DNA of 64,000 nucleotides from Camelus ferus. Lineage: Eukaryota. Where the stretch lies: assembly GCF_009834535.1 (NCBI RefSeq), contig NC_045712.1, positions 31,248,001 through 31,312,000 on the forward strand, given 5' to 3'. Below are positions 13,370 through 24,819 of the stretch, one piece after another (the first letter of the stretch is position 1; every line of letters starts with the position of its first letter). The translations under genes were made by a program, and so were the position numbers. Under the pieces are notes generated by a model that saw nothing but the letters and a program-made list of their open reading frames with translations, searched no databases and had not been told where the DNA came from.

Positions 13370-13440
13370 TTCAAAGATAAGGAAACCAAGGCTGTGGAAT
13401 TTAAACAACCTGCTCAAGTCACAGGCTGTCCCATTCCCGC
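13370..13440 (-). mobile_element. MIR SINE core fragment
   Basis: gataaggaaaccaaggctgtggaatttaaacaacctgctcaagtcaca resembles the reverse MIR core. Confidence 0.45.
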
Positions 13441-15451
13441 AGCAGAGCCAGGGTTGAGCCCTGCTGGGCCCCAAAGCCTGCTCGCTGCCCCTCCAGGAAC
13501 CCAGGCTGAGGCAGAAGGCAGGCGGGGCGCAGGGCCACCAGCACCGCAGGTCTCTGCGGGAGGGTGGTGCACAGGGTCGCCCCTGCCCAGGACAGCTGAC
13601 TTCTGGCAAGGCGAGCGTGGGGCCCACTCCGGGACACTTCCTGTGGGAGATGGCCCAGTGCACCGAGCCTCGGCCCTGAGCCCAGGCGAGATGGCGAGAG
13701 ATTCGGGGCCGTGGCTCTTCTGGTCAAGGAGGTACCACAGCTTCTCCCACCACACGCCCAGCACGGGGCCTCCGAGGTGCCAGCGAGCACCAGGTGGGCA
13801 GCCAGTCCCCTCGCTGCTCTGCATGGCCTGCGCTGTGGCTGGAGAGACCCCCTGCTCGCTGCCCTCTGCTTCCCGCTGGTGCTGGACATCACTCCCGGCT
13901 TGCTCCTGGGGGTCCAAGACCGTCACAGGGCCCTGGTGAGCCCAGCATCTCGCCTCCCTCCGCAGTGAAATGGAGAAACCTACTCACTCAGGTCTGGTGG
14001 TCTGGGCGCGAGGAACAGCGGCTCAGAAAGACCGGGAAGCCTGGGCGCCCGACGAAACGTGGTTCCCGCACCATGATTCCCAGGAACCGTCTGGGTGCAG
14101 GGGGGTCAGGATGTCCCTGCCCTCAGAGCTGGCTGGACCCTGCAGGCTCTCCTGCACCTGCCTGTCGAGGCCAGGCCTGCAGCCAGGCTGACCCCGCCGC
14201 ACCCCCACCCCAGCTGCTGGGGTCGAGGGCGATCGGGTAGCTGATCCCAGTCGCCCACGAACAGCTTTCCACCATCAATTTCTAAGCTTAAAAGGAAATA
14301 AACAGGAGCTGGATGGCCAGAGGGCCGGGGGCCGTGCGCGCAGAAAGCAGAGTGTCTGGGTCTGAGCAATTCAACAAATGAAGCAGAACTTTCATGAAAA
14401 CAGAAAAGCAATAGCTACTGCAGGAGGCCGTCAGACGCTGTGCCCCAGGAGGCAGAAGTTCCCTGAGAAGACCCCCGGGCCCTGCGTGCCCCAGCCCCAC
14501 CTCCCGCCAGGGCACGCCTCTGTGCAAAGTGCTGGAGTCTGGGGGTCGGCGGTCCGCGCATCCCCGGGACACACTCACAGCCCCATTCACAGGAGGGCGG
14601 CGCCTGCATGTGGAGGAGTGAGGACTGACCTGGGGATAGAGGGGAAGGGCGACGGGAGGGGGGGCGCTCAGCCAGGGACGCTCCTTCCCCCGCTGGCTTA
14701 GGGAGGAGGAAACGCCCCGAGGCCACGTCCCTCTCACCGCCCCCCTACCCCAGACACTTCCAGGAGCCGGACCCAGAGAGGACGGGCCCACAGGACCACT
14801 GCTGTCAGGGCTGCCCCCGCCGCGGGCTCAGGTCACAGTCCTTGTCACAGCTGCAGGTAGCCAGGGCCGCGAGGGCCACCCTCCGCATGGCGCACCTCAC
14901 AGGTCTGGCACCGCCTGAATGTGGCAGGGGCGCATGGGGGGGGGGTGGTGACCGGGAGCCGGAGCAGCCCGTCCCGCCCCTGCTGCCTGGCTCCAGGGTG
15001 ACCAGCTTGGAGAAGAGCCTGCGGGAGCCAAGCCCTCGGGCAGGCCCTCAACTTCAAAGCTCCACACCGTGGCTCCAGGGCCTGCCACCTCGGGCAGAGG
15101 GAGAACCATGCGTTTTAACCTCCCAACCATCCCCATCCATGTTTTAAGCCGTTTCTTGGAAAACTGCCACGATCAACAGATTAAATCGCCCCCAAAAGTA
15201 AGCAAGTCCCCCAGTGAGTTTTCACAAGTCGCTCAGGCAAGGGCAGGCCATCTGTGTCTGAGTCTCACCCACTTTGAAGGCTCAACCTCAGGAAAACAGA
15301 GATGGTGCCTCCGACCTCCCAATGCCCAGGAGCATGTCAGCGACACGAGGTTACATGTGTTCACAGCGGGGATCACGCTGTTGTCGCTCCTTCCCAAACA
15401 GCAGCAGGGCTGGCGATGGAAGTGCGGACTCCACCTGCGGGACCAGCTCAC

Positions 15452-15535
15452 CTGCTTCTCCAGGCGCCCCAGCTGCTCCTTGTAGAAGGCGTCGCGGCGT
15501 CTCAGCTCTGCCTCCCGGCTCTCCAGCTCCTTGGC
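15452..15535 (-). CDS. CHCHD6: Internal coding exon of CHCHD6/MIC25 (equivalent to human exon 5, coiled-coil region), 84 bp, phase 0/0
   Basis: Reverse complement translates as AKELESREAELRRRDAFYKEQLGRLEKQ. This matches the recalled human CHCHD6 segment ARELESREAELRRRDTFYKEQLERIERK (also 28 aa). Flanked by tgttctcttcccAG (acceptor, 15536-15537) and GTgag (donor, 15451-15447). Confidence 0.93.
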
Positions 15536-15570
15536 CTGGGAAGAGAACAGAGCCCATGTCAGCTGTCAGC
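15536..15570 (-). promoter_or_regulatory. 3' splice site: polypyrimidine tract plus two tandem CTGAC branch-point motifs
   Basis: Minus strand reads gCTGACagCTGACatgggctctgttctcttcccAG. Candidate branch adenosines are at 15566 (-31) and 15559 (-24). Confidence 0.7.
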
Positions 15571-15939
15571 CGGGCAGCAGGGGGCTGGGCTGGGGCTGCA
15601 ACGATGCGGACTTATGAAGGGAAACCCGCGCTGTGTGGGGGTCACCCCCCACTGTGCTGCCACCACGCACTGTCAAGGGAGGACACCGCAGAACCACCAC
15701 CCTGCTGAGGGCCACGTGCTGCCCACCATCCTTGGGAGGCGGGCAGGGTCACTGTGACCCCATCACAGACGACGGGACAGAGAGGCTTAAGTGACCACCC
15801 CAGAGCTCAGAGCTACGAGGGGGGAGCAGGGCCTGGTCACCACGCGGTCTGGAAGCGCCTAGCTGTCCTCTGGGACCACATCCTGCCCGTCTCAGGCTCT
15901 GAGCTCCAGCAGCAGGGGTGCCCCAAAATCCTTAACTAA

Positions 15940-16262
15940 ACAATTAGCAAACCAGGTCCATCGATAACGTGAAAAAGATGACACCACATGATCAGCAGGG
16001 ATTTCTACCAGGAGCCCAAGGTAGCTTTAATGTACAAAAATCACCCACATGCCACATTAACAAACAAAAGGAGGAAAAGTCACACGCCAACTTCAAATAG
16101 ATGCAGGAACAGCATTTGACAAAATACAACACCCATTTATCCAAAAAAAACCTCCGGTAAACCAGTAGCAGAAGGAGACTCCTTAACGTGCTGAAGAGCT
16201 GTACAGAAGACCTGCGCGTTACCACACTTATCGGTGGCATGTCGAATGCTCCTCTCCTAGGA
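15940..16262 (+). mobile_element. L1 ORF2 RT-domain fragment
   Basis: Decayed ILANRIQ..HHDQ.GF.PG.QG.FN..HIN..DAEKAFDKIQHPF region, e.g. atagatgcaggaacagcatttgacaaaatacaacacccattt. Confidence 0.8.
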
Positions 16263-16264
16263 CT

Positions 16265-16695
16265 GCAGAGAAAATGTTAGTAAGGACTTAGAAGATTTGG
16301 ATACTAAAATTAGCAAGAAAGAACCAGTAAACGTCTTTCGAGAATCTCTATTCCCACGTGGAATAAATGCTTGCATTCTCTTCAGAGCTGACTGGGACAC
16401 TTGCAAAGTCAACCCCTCTTTCTGGGCCCGCCCACGAGGATAAATGAGCAGACTTCAGTGTGGCAGTGTCACGCGGACCACTCCTCGGATGAAAATGTAA
16501 TTAAATTACAAGTCAACGATGAGAAAGTTAAAAATGGGTTTCATGACATGCCTTCCTACGTAACACACAGGCTAAGAGAAAATAATAAGAGAAATTCCAA
16601 AATTCTAAGAACACAAGTTCTACGTTCAAAAAAAGTGTGATGTAGCAAATGCCGTATCCCAGAGGTAAGTTAACGGTCCTAAGTGCAGTGCTTTC
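16265..16695 (+). mobile_element. L1 ORF2 endonuclease-region fragment
   Basis: gtaaggacttagaagatttgga...aatgtaattaaattacaagtcaac...gtgtgatgtagcaaatgccgtatcccagaggtaagttaac matches the KDIEDL..IKLEIN..LWDAAKAVLRGKFIA region. Confidence 0.7.
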
Positions 16696-17204
16696 AAAAA
16701 ATACTCAGGCAAAGCGACTTGGGCTAGGGGCACAGCTCACCAGCCTCACGGCCCTTGGACCCACATCACCCTACCCTGGACCGCGTGTCTGGATAACGTA
16801 AAATCACTGGCTAATCACTAAACTGGGTGCCACTGAGACATCTTACAACAGCTTCCCAGACGGTCAAAGCACATTCAGTTGGGATTCTGATGAAGTACAG
16901 ACTCTGAATTACCACTTTGGGATGGGCAGAAGTTAACACACTTTCCACAAGCTCCAGGTAGCGTTTCTTGGAGTCACAAGGCAGCAGTCACACCCACAGA
17001 AAGAGACCTGAGGGACATGACCACCCCTGCCGCGATGGGTCTAAATGCGCCCCCCACCCCTTCCTTCAGCTCGGCGATGCGCTCTACTTTAAAAGATGGT
17101 ATACAGTCGGGGTCAGGTGAGCAGGCTTTGGAGGCAGAAAAAACTAGATCTGAGTGTTAAATCTGCCGCTTCCCACCAGCAACCCCGGTCTAGACTTGCT
17201 CCCC

Positions 17205-17295
17205 GCCCAGACTGTAAGCTCCTGGAGGTCAGGAAGGTTCTGTGTTTACGGCTCTGTCCCCAGGGCCACGTGGTAAACATCTGCTGTAACAATAA
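17205..17295 (+). mobile_element. L2 LINE 3' end fragment
   Basis: agactgtaagctcctggaggtcagga...tggtaaacatctgctgtaacaataaa resembles the L2 3' terminus (gactgtaagctccttgagggcaggga...). Confidence 0.55.
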
Positions 17296-19479
17296 AAAGA
17301 ATGGCGCTCCTACAAGAAGGTTGAGGGAGGGGAGGGTGCTAGTCTTTAGGAAGAGAGACGCTCAAACTCTGGCTCCAACAATGCTTAAGACTCAGGATGG
17401 GGTGTGTGATGTCTCTGAGCTGCGGTCCCTGGGAGGGTGGCAGAGAGCTTGCGGCCACGTCCCCTTAACGTGGGGGCCCTGGGATGCACCATGTGCCTGC
17501 TCTGGGTCCGGAGGAGAAAGTGTCCCTGGAGAAGGCAGCTCCCCTCCCCTCCTAAGTCAGCTCAGACAGGTGCACGCCTCCCGGAAGGAGGGCTGCAGCA
17601 GGTCCCCCACGACCACCAGACAGGTCCTTCCAGGCCAGAGCCCAGAAGAGTGGGGACTGGAGCCGGGCAGCATGCTGACCCCAGGACCAAGTCCAGCTGC
17701 TCAGAGTCCATGAGCAATCAGGCCAGGCCACTGGTCTAGCATCCCTGACAAAGCCACCCCAGGGCCAGGAAGAGAGGGCAGCTCGGACCCCGCTCTGCCC
17801 CTCATTACTCAGCGCACGTTTTCTAGGAGCCACTGATGCCTCAGAAAACTCTGACAAACGCTCTGTCACAAGACCGTCTGCTGAGACCCGCAGGCCTCTC
17901 TGCGGCCCCCACGGCCTTCCACCAGGGAAGCTGCAGGCGTGGACTCGCACAGGCTGCAGCACTGAGACCCGCCTGTGTGCCCACGTCCGGGGGACAGGAG
18001 AGCCTGGCCCCGGGGCAGACAGCCGCCGAGACAATGGGAGAGGGAAGAGAACAAGCCGTGGGCAACTGGAGCCCAAGCACCTGCAGCCTCACTCCCTCTT
18101 AACGCCACCTACACGTCACCCTGGTTGTAACAAAAGCAGAGACCACAGAAGTCTCCTGAAATGATGAGGAATGGCAGGGCCCAGTCAACAAAAGCAGCAG
18201 TGACATGGATTAATGGGCCATGCTGGACGCCTGCCTGGGAAAGCCAGGGTCCCCCAGCTCCTCCGGAGCAGCCAGCCAGGAGGGGCTGCTTGGTCCCAGT
18301 CCTGATCTCTGCACCTGGCACTGCAGACAGGGACCCGCACCTCTGGGTCTGAAGCTCTGAGCTCAGGGAGGTCGTGGAGCATTTGCTGGACGGGTAAACG
18401 CTGGGTCGGGACAGAAAGAAAGTCCTGTTTGTGGTCTGTGAACCGTGGTCCTGCTCTGGCCTGTGAGGTGGCATGGGTTTGAGACAGGCTGAGACCTGCC
18501 ATGCTCGCGTGTGGACAACTGTCTCCTCCAGCAACAGGATACAAAGAAACCATAAGGGACTAAGCGTAAACCAAGACACAGAAAGGCCAAAACGCAGCGG
18601 CCACTTCTGAGGTGCCGGGAGCAGAAGCAGGTACTGTGACCCCTGCACACAGACCACCACGGGGGCGCAGGCCACCCAAGCCCGCCCCCCACCGCACCCC
18701 CGGGAGGGCGCAGGGCACGTGCTCCTCGTCTGGCTCCTGCTGCTGCAGCACGAGCCGCAGCAGAGCCTGGCATGAACTTCCTGTCTGGCCCCTTGTCAGT
18801 TTCCACTGATTAAAGAATCCAAGAACCGGGGGCAGGAGCAGCTTGGTTCAGTTTTTAATTGACTCAATCCCCAGCATCTACAAAACCAGAATATCTGTAT
18901 AAAAACGCTTTGACTTCCCTATGAGAAACTGGAAGTGGGGCATCAGCCCCTCGTGGACAGCCCTCTGCCTGGGGCCGGGACCTCAGGCTCCAGCCCCACT
19001 GCCCTCCGTCCCCAGAGCAGAGTGCCCGGCCTGCTGTGGCCACCCCCAACCCCCGTGCAGGTGCCCTGGCCCCTCCCTCTCTGCATGACCCCTGCTCTGG
19101 ACCTGGCTTCCCCACACCAATGTCTCCACTGACGTCCACTCTTCAGCTGTTCAGCCCAGGAGCCAGCAGACCAGCCTAGTGGCTTGGGTGCCCAGACCCT
19201 CCCAGAGCGAGGGGCGCACGAGGGGGCTGGGGGGCTGAGCACAGCTGGTGAGTGACGAGGATGCCAGCCGTGGTGAAGGGCTGTCAGGACAGCGGGCAGC
19301 CCAGGGGGGAGGGTGGTGACCATGGGGCTTCCGAGGAGGTGATACAAACGTAAGGGCCGCCCTGGGAAGCAGCTGACCCGCTCGGGCACAGAGAAAGCAG
19401 TACCGACAGCTCGGCCCCGGACGGCACGGGAGGCGGGAGGGAGGCCCCGGCTGTGCCAAGGAGCGCAGCCTCTTCCACC

Positions 19480-19540
19480 AGCGGGGAAGCCACTGGAGAG
19501 CTTTAAGCAGGAGAGTGATGCGATCTGACTTATTTATTTT
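19480..19540 (-). mobile_element. L2 LINE fragment
   Basis: ggggaagccactggagagctttaagcaggagagtgatgcgatctgac resembles the reverse L2 motif ggagccactgaagggttttaagcaggggagtgacatgatc. Confidence 0.45.
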
Positions 19541-22500
19541 TTTAACTCCAGTTCATAAACGCTGAACTAGAAGGCTGCGGCCCAGGAGGATGGCCTGATT
19601 ACCGCTCCGCGCACCAAGACCGGTGGCCTGGGCACACTGAGCATCAGTGAAGTCATGACAGCTGCACGAAGGCAGCAAGGAGAGGTTTGCAGAGGAAATA
19701 ACATGCAGCCTCCCAGCCCAGCACCTGCAGAAAGTAGTGACGGAGAAAGGAACCTGGCCCGAAAGCAGGGAACCAGGTGCCACTGGACATAAGCAGAGCT
19801 GGGCAGTGTGCTCCCCGAGCTCAAATCTGCAGGATGGAAAGACAGAGCTGGGGAGGGAGGCGCACCGTTCGACTTGCTGCCTGCTGCTTTTCACACGGCT
19901 GCAAGTACCAGAGTTCAGAGCCACGGCTCCAACACCACGTGAGGGGACAGCCCAGCTCCGGGTCAGAGGGCAGCGCTGGTGGGACGGGGGCTTCTGGTGC
20001 CGAGGATTCCAGAGCAGCCCTCCCTGTCCGCTCAGACGTTCTGCAGCACACCCTGAGGTGAAGCAGTCGGAGAAGCAGGCGGCTGGGCCCAGGTCACGCC
20101 CACGACCGTGACCTTCAGCAGGCAGGGGCCGTGTTTGGTGCCTCTCAGAGAGACTGGGCTCTGGGCAGCACTGTCCCCCTCCTCCCCCTCCCCTGAGAGC
20201 TCGGAACAGCCCCCGGGGCCAGCCAGGGGCCCTGGCGCCGCCCAGAGACGAGCCATCACGCAGGGGCAATCAGAATGCTGCTCAGACTGCAGGCCCACCC
20301 GCAAGCCTTGCCTGGCCCTCGGGGGCCACAGGGATGAGGCCCTGTACCGCTCTTCTAGAACCCGCCTCGGCTCCGCAGACACGGCGCTTCCTTTGGCTCC
20401 TACTGTCCTTTGCCAGAAGTGCCTCTTCCCACATCCTGCCTGCCAGCCCTGCAGACTCTCCAAGGCCCTGCCCACATGCTCTGTGGGCTTCGACTGTCCT
20501 GGCCCCAGTCCAGCCCTCCGGCAGCCCCTCCATAATCCCGCCTGGGTCGGGGCAACGGGGGTGCTGCCCTGCTTCTAAGTGGGGAGACTGGTGGGGGTGC
20601 GCCTGGCTCGGGACGCCCCCGAGTCTCAGCCCCCAGCATCCCTCCCGCCCGTCCCCTCTGCCCTCGGCAGCCGCGGCTGGTTTCCATGGCTGCAGTTGAG
20701 GCCTGACTGCAGCATCTTCTTCCCTCTCGTCCAAACAACTATTTCTCCCACCTGTGCTCCCGTTACACTTAATCATGTTTCATAATTAGAAATTCTAACT
20801 GTTACATACTAAGCGATCCACTGATCCCTCTGCAAACATGGGGATTCATGGGAGGAGCTGAGTCCCTTCTGTGCGTCTGGCCTGGAACCCGGTGGGCAGG
20901 CAGCGTGCACGCGTGATGACCTAAGCTTACACGTGCAAGTTGTCAGACGCACAGCTCAGCCCCGAGCCACCCTGTGACCTCCAGGAGCCTCCTCAGGAGG
21001 CCCCCTCCTTACTCCCAACAGAGAGCCAGTCGCCATCACTGCCAGGTCCACGCGTGGATGTCAGTGAGGACCCTGAACTCCCACAGTTGCACGACAGCAG
21101 GGTGGGGCCAGAGCTCAGGGTCATCCAACCCGGAGCCACACTCCCAGAAGGCCTCTGGCGGAGAAGCACCACGATGAGGCCCTGGGTCAGTTCCTCTAGA
21201 AGCTGCCGCGGTTCAAGCCACCGCCAGACCCAGCACGTCTGCCCCGTCTGTGACAGCACAATCCTCCACCCTTCAGAGAGTTGTCGAGTTTCTGGAAAGA
21301 CCCAGAGGCTTCGGTGCCCAGGCCAAGGAAGGAGGCAAGATGTCCCCAGAACGTGCAGTGTGCACCCCGGTCCCAGAAGGAAACTGCCTGCCCCCACGGC
21401 CCCTTAAGAGAGGGTCCCAGGAGTGAGCGCAGGGCTTCCACTCTGCTCAGAGCCAGAAGGAGCGTGCACCAGTGCACATCTGTGCGTGCATGCGTGTGCA
21501 CACGTGTGCGCCCACACGTGCCAGGGACTGACTGCTTCACACCTGTGGGGACCGTGTCTCTGCGCCTTGTCTGGCCTGCTGACCTTTCACCCCTGGAGGG
21601 TCACCCAGCACAACCGGAGGGCGGGCCTGACTGCTGGACCTAAGTGACGTCCAGGAAGTGAAAGGCGGGGGAGGGGATTCTCCCCACCCCACCCACACCA
21701 CACACCATGGCTGGGGGAGCCTCCCCGCACAGCCCGTCGTCCCTCTCCCAGGCCTGCGGGGGCCCTAAATTGGCTGGCTCTGGCCATTCTGGTCCCCACA
21801 CAGGCACCCTGTACAGGTCAGGCCACCAAGACCTGCCACATGAGTTCTGCTCCCGGGCGCATCACAAGGTGGGGACAACAGTGACCAGGGACCACAGGTC
21901 CTCCAGCCGCCCTGCCTCCTCCTCTTGGCGAAGGGGAGAGAGAAGACCTTCTCCTCGTCGAGTCCGCCCTGTGGACTTCACGGTGCTGAGCCCCAGCAGG
22001 AGGCCAGCAGCTCATGTGTGCAGGGGGGGCCCCCACCAACCTCACTCCACAGATGCTCAGAAGCAGCCTCCAGACACGTGCACGGGCCAGGACATGCAGG
22101 ACACGGTCCTGAGGCTCCGGGCGGCCCCGCTGCTGGCAGTCAGGCTGGCACAGACAAGGGAAGGGGACACGGAGGCATCCGTCCAGGTGTCACCACAAGC
22201 CAGCAGACACCTCAGCTCTGCATCCAGGTCCTCCAGCCAGACAGCCCCTCTGCGGGACCTGCCACGCGTGGGCTGTGGGAATGTGGCCCGGCCCTCGGTG
22301 CCTCTGTTCCCCCTCTCGCCGCAGCGAGCACTAAGAGTCACACGGGAAAAGCCCCCGGTCATGAGAGCGCAAGTCCTAAGTCCTTTTTCCCTCTTCTTGG
22401 TCAACACCTGTTGGCCTCGTGTTCTTACAGACCTTCGAAGAGCACTTACCACACTTCCCATCCTTCCTGCAGGAAGGTCCCAAAGCAGAGGCGGCTCCGA

Positions 22501-23539
22501 CACCCCCAAAGGGAGCCCCTCGCAAGCGTGTCCCACCTCTCGCCAGGGTCAAGCGTACCCCGACATCAGGCCAAACACTCTCCTTCCTGATGGCAGGGCT
22601 AGGGGTACTGATGGCCGACCTGCCGGCCTCCCCAGGCTTGCTGAGGTCTCCCCTCTCTTGAATGAGTCAGAAGTTGACCTACTGACCGCAGACCAGCTTC
22701 TCGGCCTGGTGGATGCCGGGTACGTCTGGTGAGCCCAGCAGAAGCCAACAAGGGAAGGCGGCCCCCGGCCCCAGGCCCGCCCTCTGCTGACCAACCTTCT
22801 GTTGACCCGAGTGACCAGCTGGGCCCCAGGATGGACCAGAGACAAGGTTGCCACCACTACCTCAGCCGGGGAGAGAGACAGCACTTGAAGTACCACACAG
22901 GGTGCCCGAGGAGGAGACCAGGCGCCAGGCCTCAGGAGGTTGAGAAAATTCAGAGAGGCGGTGGCACTGGCTGGTTGTGACCCTGACGAGGCGTCTAAGG
23001 AGGGAGACTACAGACCAGGAGGAATGTGTTCACAGCTAGGCGGTGTGTGTGTGGGGGGCTGGAGAGCCAGGTCTGAGGGTCAACAGAGCGGGGGTCTCAG
23101 CTCACGGGGGCAGCTGAGCCGGGGGGGAACCCTGCATCTGGCCCCCACAGTCAGCTGGAGACCCACGGCCAGTGACAGAGGCGGCACAGTGGGAGGCTAA
23201 CTGCCCACGTGGCTGAATGGCTCCTCCTCGCTGACTGCCCTGGTGAGCTCCGGACAAAGTTCCAAAGACCCCCTGGAGGCCCCAGAGGACGACGAACACA
23301 GGCAGGAGCCTGTGGGGACACCGTGTTGCTAGGTTTTCCCAAGAACTTATCCAGAAACCAGAGAAAATCAGAACTCTGTGTTCGGGGTATGGTGGAGAGT
23401 GAGGGGAGGCCCCCGAAGGAAGAGCCCCAGTCCTGAAGGTGAATCTGCCCACACCTCCGGCGCCCCCGGCCCACCCACCCCGCGCACTGAAACGGTCACC
23501 AGAGGGAACCTGACGGTTTACAGGTGGATCGTGGATGCC

Positions 23540-23740
23540 CCGTCCACGATCCGCGGTCTACCCTCAGACGCTGGGAAAACAAACAAAACCAGGTAATTAA
23601 AGCCAAAGCAAGTGGAAGAAAGGAAATAATAAAAACAGGCGTGGAAATCAATGACCCAGAAAGCAAACAACAGAGAAAACCAACCAAGTCACAAGTGGGT
23701 TTGAGGAAGACCAACAGAGCTGATCACCTCCTGCTGGGCC
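23540..23740 (+). mobile_element. L1 ORF2 post-endonuclease fragment
   Basis: aattaaagccaaagcaagtggaagaaaggaaataataaaaacaggcgtggaaatcaatga matches the KPKASRRKEIIKIRAEINE region. Confidence 0.7.
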
Positions 23741-24819
23741 CAAGGGAGGGAGCAGGAGATGCAGCGGGTGTCGCCAGGGGCGGGCGGCCACCTGGGAGGA
23801 GGCACGCTCTCTTCTGGGAAAGGGCACCAGAGCAGAGGCACCAGAGGTGAAAACAGCCAGCGTCCGGCCCCATCCAGACTGTAGGGTGACCAGGTCTGGG
23901 GTCACCAGGATCCCACCAACGCACGCCCTTTCATTCAGGTGAGCTGGTTCCTATGGTTTCCCACCCAAGAACGTGGGTGGCGGCAGGGCGCAAGCACCGG
24001 TCATACACGGAGGACAGCACTGCCCCAGTGGGGAGGGCGCGGCTCCCCCTCAAGGAGACGCACTGGGAGCGGCACCAGCGCGGTGGGAACCTGCCCCAAA
24101 CTTGGACCAGTCTCTTCCCCGGCCCGGCCCTGAGGCACTGAGGGCTGAGGCTGCGGGGAGGCGCTCCAGGGGTTGCTGCAGCCGGGGCGGGGGTGGGGGC
24201 AGTCAAGGCCCCACTTCTCATCGCTCACCAGCGCCGACATGTTCCCACCACAGGCTCCACACCCAGCTTCGCCTAATCCCCAGCGTCCTGGCTCAGGACC
24301 TGCTCTGCCTCACAGCTGGGAGCTGCCCCCCACCCCAGCCCCCAGCCCCGCTCCACTCGGGAACATGCTTCACAGCGCCCGCAGCAAGAGCCAGCTCCCG
24401 AAACACACGCCCAAGGAGGAGCCTTCGGTGGAGCCACAAGTGCACAGAATCAAGTCCAAGTTATCTTTAAAATGGCTTTCGATGCCTGAATACGCAGTTC
24501 CCGCTCACACCCAGTCTCATTCAGTCCCTCTCTGATCCCACCTCTCCCTGGTGGGTGCCCCCCGCCCCGCTGCCCCCGACCCCAACATCCTCTACTTGTT
24601 GATAAGCCTCACCCTGCAGGTCCCTCCCGGAGCCCCCAGTCAAGGTGTCCTCCCCATGGACCCCCGAGAACTCTTGGCTCCCCCCACCATGAGGCCCTGG
24701 TGGGATCGCCCCAGGCTCTTCTGCACAAACTAGGCCCGGGTGGGAGTGGACGTGTGGCCGTGGCCCGGAAGGGGCTGTCAGAGCCGTTCGCAGCAGGGAC
24801 AAGCGCCACTGCACTAGAG

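Larger units (their letters stand above)
1..15451 (-). other. CHCHD6: CHCHD6 intron downstream of the exon (human intron 5 equivalent), runs off the left edge
   Basis: Begins at the GTGAG donor at 15451. By eye I found no match to the next exon (NAEMYKLSS...) in 1-15451. Human intron 5 is tens of kb long. Confidence 0.75.

Noticed and set aside
15233-15757. ORFs overlapping the CHCHD6 exon in other frames or on the other strand
   Set aside because: No homology; the real coding signal is the spliced 84-bp exon.
21707-22732. 341-aa plus-strand ORF, the longest in the track
   Set aside because: Low-complexity S/P/R/A/G composition, no recognisable domain, overlapped by similar ORFs in other frames, antisense within an intron. 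Long ORFs are expected by chance in GC-rich DNA.
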